From Pseudomonadota bacterium (GTDB lineage Bacteria > BMS3Abin14), in contig QIEJ01000185.1 of assembly GCA_003228585.1 (NCBI GenBank), positions 1 through 41,151 of the forward strand: 41,151 nt of DNA, given 5' to 3'. The notes below the pieces were generated by a model, which was not told where the DNA came from, did not search any database, and saw only the letters and a list, made by a program, of their open reading frames with translations. Positions 26,930 to 35,579 of the stretch are shown here, piece after piece. How positions within the stretch are numbered: position 1 is the first letter of the stretch; each line of letters starts with the position of its first letter. Made by a program: the position numbers and the translations under genes.

Positions 26930-26957
26930 TCCAAAATCCAAGGTCCAAAATCCAAAA
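26930..26957 (-). repeat. Heptanucleotide array (4 units) in the ribE leader
   Basis: Plus strand tccaaaa|tccaagg|tccaaaa|tccaaaa. Coding strand TTTTGGA TTTTGGA CCTTGGA TTTTGGA, ending 16 nt before the ATG. Confidence 0.7.
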
Positions 26958-26966
26958 GAGAGCGCA

Positions 26967-27081
26967 GTCATTGCGAGGAGTGACGAAGGAACGACGCGGC
27001 AATCTAATGGAGCACAGCGACCGGATCAGTCTCGTCTTGCCGAGACCGCTTCTTCCCGCCGGTCCTCCCGATGACAATCGC
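26967..27081. repeat. Family-A palindromic intergenic element, copy 3 (inside the rib operon)
   Basis: gtcattgcgaggagtgacgaaggaacgacgcggcaatct...gagaccgcttcttcccgccggtcctcccgatgacaatcgc. Collinear with copies 1 and 2 but more diverged, and without their GC-rich tail. Confidence 0.7.
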
Positions 27082-27140
27082 TTTCTCCGACTACCTCGAT
27101 ACTTCGATACCTCGTCACAGCCATACACCACCCCGCCCCT

Positions 27141-28274
27141 TCACCCAGTCTCCCCGTCGATTTCCCTGACCTCCGTCACCACATCAGCGGTGACATGAAT
27201 ATCATTACCCAGTCTGCGGGTGCGGACAATCCTGAAGGAGGGCGCCTCGGTCAGAGAGCGCACATTCAGGCTGCCCACGGAGGGGACGCCTTCCTCGCCC
27301 AGAAGGACGGCAGCAAGGTAAAGTTCGAACCGCTGAACGCACTTCTGTTTGACAAACCAGGCGGCCGTCCTGCCTCCGCCCTCAACCATAATGTGGATGA
27401 TCCCCTGGGTGACAAGACCCCTGGACAATTGATCCCAGGAGAAACGACCCCTTTCGATGGGCAGTTTGATCAACCGTACTCCCTTTTCAGTGTATGGTTC
27501 CAGGCGGCTTTCAGACACGTCGTTTCCAACGACAATCAGGGTCCTGCCATCGCCTGCTTTTTCAACCAACCTCGCTTCAAGGGGGGTTCTCAGTGAGGGG
27601 TCAAGGATGATCCTTCCTGGCTGATTTCCACTACCGGCGCCACGCACGGTTAATTGGGGATCATCCTTCAGCACCGTTTCCACACCAACCAATACAGCAT
27701 CAGCGCGAGCCCTGAGCCGGTGTACCGATCTCCTTGACCTTTCGCCTGTTATCCACCTTGATTCTCCACTGTGAGTAGCGATCCTCCCATCCAGTGTTGA
27801 GGCCAGCTTAAGGGTGACGTATGGGAAACCGCTTTTCACAAAGTATAAGAACGCGCGATTGAGCTCTTCAGCCCTTTCCTCCAGCAACCCCACCGTCACC
27901 TCAATACCCGCTTCCTTCAGGATCTCAAATCCTTTCCCGTCTACTTCAGGATTAGGATCCGCGCACGCAGCTACCACCCGCATGATTCCTGCTTCCGCAA
28001 TAGAATGCACACACGGAGGTGTCCGGCCGAAATGGCAGCAGGGCTCCAGATTCACGTAAAGATGAGCTCCTCTCGAACGTTCTCCTGCGTCCCGGATAGC
28101 GAGAATCTCTGCATGAAGTTCTCCAGGTTCCTGATGCCAACCCTCTCCGACGATCTTCCCGTCTTTGACGATCACAGCACCGACCATGGGGTTGGGATGG
28201 GCCGTACCCGCTCCCCTGGCCGCTAATTTCAATGCCCTTCGCATGAAAGGCTTATCATCCCGGATATTACTCAA
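27141..28274 (-). CDS. ribD: Bifunctional riboflavin biosynthesis deaminase/reductase
   Basis: 377 aa with deaminase motifs HAEILA and EPCCHFGRTPPC plus a C-terminal reductase domain. TTG start at 28274 with AGGAG 5 nt upstream. Confidence 0.92.
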   Translation of the reverse strand: MSNIRDDKPFMRRALKLAARGAGTAHPNPMVGAVIVKDGKIVGEGWHQEPGELHAEILAIRDAGERSRGAHLYVNLEPCCHFGRTPPCVHSIAEAGIMRVVAACADPNPEVDGKGFEILKEAGIEVTVGLLEERAEELNRAFLYFVKSGFPYVTLKLASTLDGRIATHSGESRWITGERSRRSVHRLRARADAVLVGVETVLKDDPQLTVRGAGSGNQPGRIILDPSLRTPLEARLVEKAGDGRTLIVVGNDVSESRLEPYTEKGVRLIKLPIERGRFSWDQLSRGLVTQGIIHIMVEGGGRTAAWFVKQKCVQRFELYLAAVLLGEEGVPSVGSLNVRSLTEAPSFRIVRTRRLGNDIHVTADVVTEVREIDGETG

Positions 28275-28293
28275 CTCATCTCCTAGAAATTAG

Positions 28294-28314
28294 AACAAAG
28301 TACAAAGGACAAAG
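28294..28314 (-). repeat. Heptanucleotide array (3 units) in the ribD leader
   Basis: Plus strand aacaaag|tacaaag|gacaaag. Coding strand CTTTGTC CTTTGTA CTTTGTT, 20 nt before the start. The same unit occurs in the cheA leader array. Confidence 0.55.
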
Positions 28315-28338
28315 ATCTTCGTTCCTTGCTCTTTGATC

Positions 28339-29452
28339 TTAACTCCGTTTCTCCATCAGATAAGCTTGAATAAACTCATCAATATCCCCGTCCAACACGG
28401 CATCGGCATTCCCAAGTTCGTGTCCCGTCCGATGGTCCTTTACCATCCGGTATGGGTGAAGAACATAACTGCGTATCTGGCTGCCCCAGGCTATCTCTTT
28501 TTTCTCCTCCTGAAGCTTTGCCATCTTCTCCGCTTTTTCACGCTTTAAATGCTCGTAAAGCCGTGCCCGGAGAATTCTCATTGCAGTAGCTCTGTTCTTG
28601 TGTTGGGATCGCTCGTTCTGGCAGGTCACGACAATGTTGGTTGGAAGGTGGGTGATCCGGACAGCGGAGTCAGTAACATTGACATGTTGACCACCCGCAC
28701 CGCTGGAGCGGAATGTGTCGATACGCAGGTCCTTCTCTTCTACTTCAACTTCCAGGTCGTCCTCAACTTCCGGATAGGCAAAAACAGATGCGAAGGAGGT
28801 GTGGCGACGGCTGCTGGCATCAAAGGGTGATATGCGGACAAGCCTGTGGACACCAGTCTCTGCCTTGAGGTTACCAAAAGCATAGTCACCCTCGACAGCG
28901 ATGGTTGCACTCTTTATCCCGGCTTCCTCAGCGGGCTGCAGGTCCAGAACCTCGGCTTTAAAACCGCGCCTCTCAGACCATCTCATGTACATTCTCAGGA
29001 GAGTCTGGGCCCAATCCTGGGATTCCACACCACCCGCACCTGGATTGATCGTCAGTATTGCATTCCTGGAATCGGCTTCATCGCCGAGGAGGGATTCCAG
29101 TTCCATGTCTGCAAGGGCCTTTTCGGCATTTCGAAGCTGGGGCAGATACTCCTTTAAAAGTTCATCGCTCTCCTCGTTCCTGTCCTCCCCCATGAGGTCA
29201 GCCGCCACTTCAAGGTCACCGATCCACTCCTGTATGCGATTATGCCCCTCGATTTCCCTCTTGAGACGGCTAATCTCTCTGGTCTTGGTCTGGGCATTAT
29301 CCTGATCTTTCCAGAAACCCGGGTCAGCAGCTTCCTTTTCAAGCTTCTCTAGCTCAACAGCTTTTTCACCCAGGTCAAAGATGCCTCCTGAGGGAATCCA
29401 GTTTCTCCGTCATATTGTTTATGGCCTGCCTGAATTCATCGAAATGGTCCAT
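28339..29452 (-). CDS. prfB: Peptide chain release factor 2, made via a programmed +1 frameshift
   Basis: Frame 0: ATG 29452, MDHFDEFRQAINNMTEKLDSLRRHL, then TGA (29377..29375). After a +1 shift it continues DLGEKAVELEKLEKEAADPGFWKDQDNAQ...AADLMGED and joins the 289-aa ORF (SPF motif ISPFDA, GGQ motif SGAGGQHVN). Total 25 + 345 codons. The start has GGAGGA 7 nt upstream and lies inside the last 34 nt of lnt. Confidence 0.93.
29374..29389 (-). promoter_or_regulatory. RF2 +1 frameshift site with internal Shine-Dalgarno
   Basis: Coding strand AGGAGG CAT CTT TGA C. This has the same architecture as E. coli prfB (AGGGGG TAT CTT TGA C). Confidence 0.9.
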
Positions 29453-30960
29453 CTGTCTTTCCTCCGGTTGCGCAAATTTAATAAACCCTCAATTAATATC
29501 ATAACTACTGCCAAATAGACAATCCAGTCACCCGTCTTCGTGTAGATCGTCCCTGGTCCGCCCACGGAAATCTCACTTGTAGCGAACCCCATCTCGAACA
29601 GGCCAATGGACGTCACTAACCGGCCCCTGGCATCAAAAACAGCCGAGATGCCAGTGTTCGCAGCCCTTATTACAGGCACACCATTTTCTGCTGCCCGGAC
29701 TGCAGAGACGGCAAGATGCTGATAGGGACCCCAGGTCGAGCCGAACCAGCCATCATTTGTGATGTTCACCAGGATCTGGGCCCCCTGACCGACCTGGCGG
29801 CGGGCTAGATGAGGAAAGGCTACCTCAAAACATATAAGAGTTCCCGCTCTGAAGGGTGTGCGAAAAGGTTTCTGCAGGCCGCCGGTGGAAAATTCACCCT
29901 CGCCGGGAACCAGTCGGGCCAGGAAGGGCAGGAATCGAGAAAAGGGTACATACTCACCAAAGGGAACCAGTATAACCTTGTCGTACCGCTCTTCCCCAGC
30001 ATCGGGGCCGAGGTGGTAGGCGCTGTTATAAAAATCGATCTCACCCTTGTTGACAGTAAACGCGGGACTACCGAATATGAGATGGATCCCTTTTTCGTGC
30101 GCAAAGTCCCTGAGATACCCCGCGAGCTCCTCCTCAGCCTGAAAGTAGAACGGCATGGCTGTTTCAGGCCACACAGCAAGATCCGCCCCTTGCGCGACAG
30201 CTCTATCTGTCATGTTAATATATGTTTCCAGGGTCTCGTCCCGAACAGATTCCTGCCACTTGATCTCCTGGGCAACGTTTCCCTGTACTACAGCAACTGT
30301 AGTTCTTTCATCGCCAAGATCCGGACCGGCCAGGAAACCCGCGGTGAGAACTATTACTCCCATGGCGGCCAGACTCCCAATCGCCCGTCCCGTCGTGCGG
30401 CGATCCCCTGAAAACATGGCCGAGAGAGCTTTCCAGATCAGAACGTTTACAGCCACAGCAAGGAAAGAGAGGCTATACACTCCTCCGACACCGTAAAACG
30501 GACGGATGAGAGAACTTTTCCAGAACGTGGATCCCAGAAGGAGCCATGGGAATGGGGCCGGAACCCAGGACCTGAGGTACTCAAGAAGAACCCAGACGGA
30601 AGCGAGGTAAAAAGCCTGCCGGACTCCCTTCATTCGGTTGGACATGGGTACCGCGGCAGCAAAGCTGCCGAAATACAAAGCGTATATGGTTGCCATGAGT
30701 GCAATGGCCAGTTGGTTCAGAGGAAACGGGATATCTCCAAAGCGGGAAAGGGTCTGGGATAACCAGTTCAGCGAAACGAAAAACCAGACAAGACCCGTCA
30801 CCCATCCATAGAAAAAGGCCCGTCCTCCTCCCAGATGTCTAACAGCCCGGAAAAGAGGGATCAACGCTACAGTGGATAACCACCCGAAGTCCGGTCCGGG
30901 AAAAGCCAGGACCAGGAGCATGGAAGAGCCCAGAGCCCCTATCAGGGAACCTGGCTTCAT
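29419..30960 (-). CDS. lnt: Apolipoprotein N-acyltransferase
   Basis: 513 aa with N-terminal multi-TM segments and a C-terminal CN-hydrolase domain (WPETA, TLICFEVAF). Conserved position after corC. Confidence 0.88.
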   Translation of the reverse strand: MKPGSLIGALGSSMLLVLAFPGPDFGWLSTVALIPLFRAVRHLGGGRAFFYGWVTGLVWFFVSLNWLSQTLSRFGDIPFPLNQLAIALMATIYALYFGSFAAAVPMSNRMKGVRQAFYLASVWVLLEYLRSWVPAPFPWLLLGSTFWKSSLIRPFYGVGGVYSLSFLAVAVNVLIWKALSAMFSGDRRTTGRAIGSLAAMGVIVLTAGFLAGPDLGDERTTVAVVQGNVAQEIKWQESVRDETLETYINMTDRAVAQGADLAVWPETAMPFYFQAEEELAGYLRDFAHEKGIHLIFGSPAFTVNKGEIDFYNSAYHLGPDAGEERYDKVILVPFGEYVPFSRFLPFLARLVPGEGEFSTGGLQKPFRTPFRAGTLICFEVAFPHLARRQVGQGAQILVNITNDGWFGSTWGPYQHLAVSAVRAAENGVPVIRAANTGISAVFDARGRLVTSIGLFEMGFATSEISVGGPGTIYTKTGDWIVYLAVVMILIEGLLNLRNRRKDRWTISMNSGRP

Positions 30961-30965
30961 GGATC

Positions 30966-31790
30966 CTATTCCTCGTCTTGTAATCTCTCTACCCTTATCC
31001 TGGAGATTTTTCTGGCATCGGCCTCTTCGACCGTGAACAGAAGGGTGTCAAACCGGCACTGTTCCCCTCTCTCCGGAACGTGACCAAGGATGTGACTGAC
31101 AACCCCCCCCAGAGTATCGTAGTCACCTCTGGGCAAAGAAGCATCAACCTCCTCCTCAACATCCTCAAGGCGGAAACGGGCATCGAAAATAAAACCACCG
31201 TCTTCCAAACGGGTGAAGGTGATCTGTTCTTCCACATCGAACTCGTCCTGGATCTCACCCACTATCTCCTCGAGTATATCCTCGATCGTTACAAGTCCGG
31301 AGGTCCCTCCATATTCGTCCACGGCAACTGCCATATGGACGTGCCTGGTTTTGAACTCCTTCAGGAGGTCCCCAATGGTTTTGCTCTCCGGGATGTGATA
31401 GGCTCCGCGAAGCAGCTTACTCAGATCTGCCTCCTCCGGAGAACATCCCCAGATCTTCAAAAGGTCTTTGGCATAGAGGATGCCCATGATGTGGTCAACA
31501 TCCCCATCGTATACGGGAATCCTGCTGTGACCGGCTTCAATGATCGTCTCGAGAGCCTGTTCCAGAGGTGTGTCCTTTTCCAGTGCGACCATATCCGTAC
31601 GGGGTACGAGAATCTCGCGAACTCGGGTGCCGTCCAGATCAAGAACGGCATCGAGCATGGCATGTTCGTCCCGGTTAATAACCCCCTCCTGCTCCCCCTC
31701 GTCGATGATGCTTTGGATGTCCTCCTCCGTCACATGCCACCGAAGAAGTTTTCGGATCAGGTTTTTGATGCCTGTAATGATTGATTTCAT
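30966..31790 (-). CDS. corC: CBS-pair / CorC-HlyC domain protein (YbeX/CorC)
   Basis: 274 aa and soluble: VREILVPRTDM, IPVYDGDVDHIMGILYAKDL, GLVTIEDILEEIVGEIQDE. Confidence 0.85.
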   Translation of the reverse strand: MKSIITGIKNLIRKLLRWHVTEEDIQSIIDEGEQEGVINRDEHAMLDAVLDLDGTRVREILVPRTDMVALEKDTPLEQALETIIEAGHSRIPVYDGDVDHIMGILYAKDLLKIWGCSPEEADLSKLLRGAYHIPESKTIGDLLKEFKTRHVHMAVAVDEYGGTSGLVTIEDILEEIVGEIQDEFDVEEQITFTRLEDGGFIFDARFRLEDVEEEVDASLPRGDYDTLGGVVSHILGHVPERGEQCRFDTLLFTVEEADARKISRIRVERLQDEE

Positions 31791-31803
31791 TATTGTCTGC
31801 TTT

Positions 31804-32241
31804 TCACTCCCGTATACTGTTTAACCGGTCTTCCATCTCTTTCATCTTTCTCGCCTGGGCCATGGAACTTTCATGATCGTACCCCACCAGATGGAGAAGG
31901 CCGTGAATAAAAAGCCTGCGGAGTTCCTCTTCGACTGATACATCAAGGTCTTTGGCCTGTTCTCTGGCCCTGTCCAGGGAAATTACGATGTCCCCCAGGA
32001 TTAACGGCCCATTTGCGTGGGGGATGGTATCCCCTTCCAGTTGGGAGAAGGAAAGCACGTCTGTCGGCCTGTCAATCCCCCTGTACTGATGGTTAAGGGA
32101 GCGGATCTCGGAATCATCCGTGAGAAGGACGCTCAACTCCCCATCAGGCCTGCCCAAGCCGCTTAATATTTCTGGCGCCAGGCTTTTCAGAAGCTTCCGG
32201 AACGGTCTGGCCCGGGGATCCCGGATCTGGATCTGAACCAT
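31804..32241 (-). CDS. ybeY: Endoribonuclease YbeY
   Basis: 145 aa with PTDVLSF and the zinc motif HGLLHLVGYDH. Confidence 0.9.
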   Translation of the reverse strand: MVQIQIRDPRARPFRKLLKSLAPEILSGLGRPDGELSVLLTDDSEIRSLNHQYRGIDRPTDVLSFSQLEGDTIPHANGPLILGDIVISLDRAREQAKDLDVSVEEELRRLFIHGLLHLVGYDHESSMAQARKMKEMEDRLNSIRE

Positions 32242-34702
32242 TGGCTACCTTTCCTTTTTTCTCATCCCCTGCGGCCTGCAGGTCAGGATAGTCTATCCTG
32301 TGGTGAAAAATTCCAGTAATGGTCCTGGTAAAACTCTTGGCGATCTGGTGCAGGTCTCTGAGGGTCAGATTAGATTCGTCCAACTGTCCATCGATGAAGA
32401 TCTCGTTGATGATCTTCTGAACAAGCCCGCGAATCCTGGCAGGCGTAGGATCGGTCAGCACCTTGGATGCCGCTTCAACGGCGTCCCCAAGCATTATGAG
32501 AGCCGCTTCACGGGTTTGTGGCTTCGGACCATGATAGCGGAAATTCTCCTTCTCCACCGTCTGAGAGGACGAACCCTCCATTTCCTTGGCCTTGTTGTAG
32601 AAGAAGGTCATCAAGCGTGTACCGTGATGCTGCCTGATGATGTCCACAATACGTCTGGGCAGCCTGTGTGCCTTGGCCAACTCTACTCCATCCTTGACGT
32701 GTGCTGTCAGAATAAGGGCACTCATGTTGGGTGACAGTTTTTCGTGGCGGTTGTCCCTTGTCTCCTGGTTTTCGACAAAATACTCCGGCTTGTTGATCTT
32801 TCCAATGTCATGGTAGGACGCGGCAACCCTCGCCAGGAGGGGATTTGCGCCAATCTCCTCCGCCGCCGCCTCCGCCAGGGATCCGACCATTACACTGTGA
32901 TGGTAGCTTCCCGGTGTTCTGATGATCATCTCCTTGAGGACGGGCTGATTAAGATTCGCCAGTTCCATAAGCTTCATGTCGGTGGCAACATTAAATCCCG
33001 ACTCGAGAAAAGGCAAGGCAAGTGATGTGACAAGGGCGACTCCAATTCCTCCTCCAACTGCAAACGAGATCTGTGAGAAGGTTGTTGAAGTGAACAGAGT
33101 CCCGCCCTCGAGGTTGCTCACCAAAGCCAGAACGGCATTGACACCACCCACCGCAAATCCGGCTTTTATAAGGGATGATCTCTGGCGGCAGTGGAGGACA
33201 CTGAAGGATGCGACAATTCCACCAATGAAGGAATAGATAAATGTCGTCATGCTCCATTCGTTCAGAACAGCCGAAAAGATGGATGTCAGACCAGCGACCA
33301 CAAGGCCGACATTGATGGGGAACAGGGTTGCCGTAAGCATGGTCCCAGCCGCGAAAGGCACGGCCAGACTGAGAACAGACAGTTTAATTCCTGGATATGT
33401 GAGGGTCAGGGCCTGGAATACCGCCATAAAACCCTTTATCAGCACCACTTGCAGGACAATGATCACAACCAGCATCACGAGGCGGAGGGTATCGTCTGAT
33501 GCGCCGGGTTGGATCGTGACAAGAACCCGGTAAAAAGCGAAGAGGAGGATCGCAGTGAGCAGAAATGTCCCCAGTACCAGGGTGATCCGTCCATCGCTGG
33601 AAACGGACCTGTTCAATTCCCTGATTTTCAGGATCTGTTCATCGGTGAGAGGATCCCCGGCCCTGACAATAATTTCACCCCTTTTAACCTGGAGGTAAAC
33701 GGGCTTTGCTTCCTGGACCGCCTTTTTCCGACGCTCCTCGGTTTCGGATCGGTTAAAAGTGAAATTTGGCCGAACGAAATCCTGCGCCATGGCCTGGAGA
33801 AGATCCCTGAGTGGAGCTTCCCCCCTGGACCATGATTGAGTGGATATGGCCTTTTTTACCAGCAGGCGGGCAGCCTCAAGAGAAAGAATGCTGGAAAAAT
33901 CGTCCAGCACGAGTTCTTCGGAAACGGTCTGCAGGGTCCTGACAGAGACTCCCTTGCCCCTCTCTCTGAGGAGGGTCTCCCTGTCAGACGCGATCCCCAT
34001 GCCGAGTATAGGCTGGAAGGAATCCGCCAGGATATCTTCGCTCCTTTTACTGAACCCGTCCTTTAATAACGGCCCCATCTGCTCCGGGGTTATTTCCAGA
34101 GCCATTGTTTCGATGAACTCGCGTATGGGTTCCAGTTTGGCCTGATCCGCCTGCTGCCAGAAAAGTCTTATTTCATCGTCGATCTGAGGTCTTTCCGTTC
34201 GACTTGCCTTTTTCCACCTTTGGCGCAGTTCCTTCTCCTCTACTTCCAGCCGGGCAAAAAGATCTCTCATATTGCGGAAAAACGTCCTGATCTTCTGGAT
34301 AATCTCAAAGTCCTGTTTGCGATCAAAATCGTAGACGGACAGAACTGATGCCTCGGCTTCCAGTTTCCTGGCCTGTGTGGAAGCCTCATCTTCCACAAGT
34401 GCCGATTGGGCCGCCTTGATATCTCGATGGGCTATATCACCGGGCTGATAATCAACCCCCTGTCGTTGTCCCACGGGCACGAGGAGATAGGTCAGGACAA
34501 TAACGGTTACCCAGAACAGGACTGACCACTGGGCGTCCCTGTCCCAGGTGAAGAGACGTTTCACCACATCCCGCCCCGTGCGAGGAGAGCTCGCTTTTTC
34601 TTCCCTGGATCCGGGGGTTGTTTTAGGCAAATCAGACACCTCTCTTCTCGTAAGCTTTGATGATCTCCTGAACAAGGTGATGACGGACAACATCTTTCTC
34701 AT
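32144..34702 (-). CDS. 7TM-receptor HD/HDIG phosphohydrolase (PgpH/YqfF-like)
   Basis: About 850 aa: a large N-terminal extracytoplasmic region, a 7-TM block, then an HD domain (SYHHSVMVG, ASYHDIGKI, QHHGT). The start is uncertain: ATG 34702/34693, or GTG 34639 which overlaps the phoH stop. The 3' tail overlaps ybeY by 98 nt. Confidence 0.8.
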   Translation of the reverse strand: MRKMLSVITLFRRSSKLTRREVSDLPKTTPGSREEKASSPRTGRDVVKRLFTWDRDAQWSVLFWVTVIVLTYLLVPVGQRQGVDYQPGDIAHRDIKAAQSALVEDEASTQARKLEAEASVLSVYDFDRKQDFEIIQKIRTFFRNMRDLFARLEVEEKELRQRWKKASRTERPQIDDEIRLFWQQADQAKLEPIREFIETMALEITPEQMGPLLKDGFSKRSEDILADSFQPILGMGIASDRETLLRERGKGVSVRTLQTVSEELVLDDFSSILSLEAARLLVKKAISTQSWSRGEAPLRDLLQAMAQDFVRPNFTFNRSETEERRKKAVQEAKPVYLQVKRGEIIVRAGDPLTDEQILKIRELNRSVSSDGRITLVLGTFLLTAILLFAFYRVLVTIQPGASDDTLRLVMLVVIIVLQVVLIKGFMAVFQALTLTYPGIKLSVLSLAVPFAAGTMLTATLFPINVGLVVAGLTSIFSAVLNEWSMTTFIYSFIGGIVASFSVLHCRQRSSLIKAGFAVGGVNAVLALVSNLEGGTLFTSTTFSQISFAVGGGIGVALVTSLALPFLESGFNVATDMKLMELANLNQPVLKEMIIRTPGSYHHSVMVGSLAEAAAEEIGANPLLARVAASYHDIGKINKPEYFVENQETRDNRHEKLSPNMSALILTAHVKDGVELAKAHRLPRRIVDIIRQHHGTRLMTFFYNKAKEMEGSSSQTVEKENFRYHGPKPQTREAALIMLGDAVEAASKVLTDPTPARIRGLVQKIINEIFIDGQLDESNLTLRDLHQIAKSFTRTITGIFHHRIDYPDLQAAGDEKKGKVANGSDPDPGSPGQTVPEASEKPGARNIKRLGQA

Positions 34703-35576
34703 CGAACTTCACAAAACTGATACCCTCAATGCCATCCAGAATATCCATGACCTCCACCAGACCCGATGATGTCCGTTCCGGGAGATCAATCTGTGTAATA
34801 TCACCGGTAATAACCGCTTTTGAGTCAAATCCGAGTCGAGTCAGGAACATCTTCATCTGCTCTGTAGTGGTATTCTGGGCTTCATCGAGGATAACAAAGG
34901 AATCATTGAGTGTCCTCCCTCTCATGAATGCCAGAGGGGCTATCTCGATGACTCCTCTCTCGATGAGTTTAAGTGCCTTCTCCGAACTGAGCATCTCAAA
35001 CAGTGCGTCATGAAGAGGCCTGAGATAGGGATTGATCTTCTCGTAAATGTCACCGGGAAGGAACCCCAGTTTTTCACCTGCCTCTACCGCCGGTCTGGTA
35101 AGAATAATCCTGCTGACAGCCTTGTGAACCAGTGAGTGAACCGCGGCAGCCATGGCCAGATAGGTCTTTCCCGTCCCTGCCGGGCCAACACCGAATACGA
35201 TGTCGTGCTCCTTGATCTTCTCCAGATATAAAATCTGATTTTTACTCTTGGGAACTATGGACTTCCTGGGGGAGATGACAATGGAGTGGGAAATAAGCTC
35301 GGATGCTGCTGTCATTCTGCCGTTGGCGAACTGCCGGAAGAGATTCTCCACCTCGTCAGAGGTCACTGTTCTCCCCTCTTCCACAGTCCTCAGGATGTCA
35401 GAGATAATGTTGCCCACATCGTCAATCTTTTCAGATGGACCATCCAGGAACACGTTCTCACCCCGGATGCCAACCCGTACTCCGGTAAGTTGTTCTATAA
35501 CCTTGAGGTTGCAGTCCATCTCCCCGGTCAGAGCCCGGGCCTGTCGTTCACTCTCAATCTTCAAGGCCCTTTTCAC
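34632..35576 (-). CDS. phoH: PhoH-like ATPase (YbeZ)
   Basis: 314 aa with Walker A GPAGTGKTYLA, ILDEAQN and ITGDITQIDLP. Confidence 0.92.
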   Translation of the reverse strand: MKRALKIESERQARALTGEMDCNLKVIEQLTGVRVGIRGENVFLDGPSEKIDDVGNIISDILRTVEEGRTVTSDEVENLFRQFANGRMTAASELISHSIVISPRKSIVPKSKNQILYLEKIKEHDIVFGVGPAGTGKTYLAMAAAVHSLVHKAVSRIILTRPAVEAGEKLGFLPGDIYEKINPYLRPLHDALFEMLSSEKALKLIERGVIEIAPLAFMRGRTLNDSFVILDEAQNTTTEQMKMFLTRLGFDSKAVITGDITQIDLPERTSSGLVEVMDILDGIEGISFVKFDEKDVVRHHLVQEIIKAYEKRGV

Positions 35577-35579
35577 ACA

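Noticed and set aside
26967-27081. A possible FMN riboswitch remnant: the coding strand contains GGACCGGCGGGAAG, which resembles the RFN ACCGGCGG core.
   Set aside because: The rest of the RFN core (the GAAA-TCCC helix and the 3' GGATGGGAGA-type closing) is absent. The string is at the position homologous to the family-A repeat arm in the other two copies. I treat it as a coincidence, pending a cmsearch.
29154-29342. A 62-aa minus-strand ORF upstream of the RF2 fragment.
   Set aside because: It is out of frame within the region that, in the correct +1 frame, encodes the conserved RF2 N-terminal domain.
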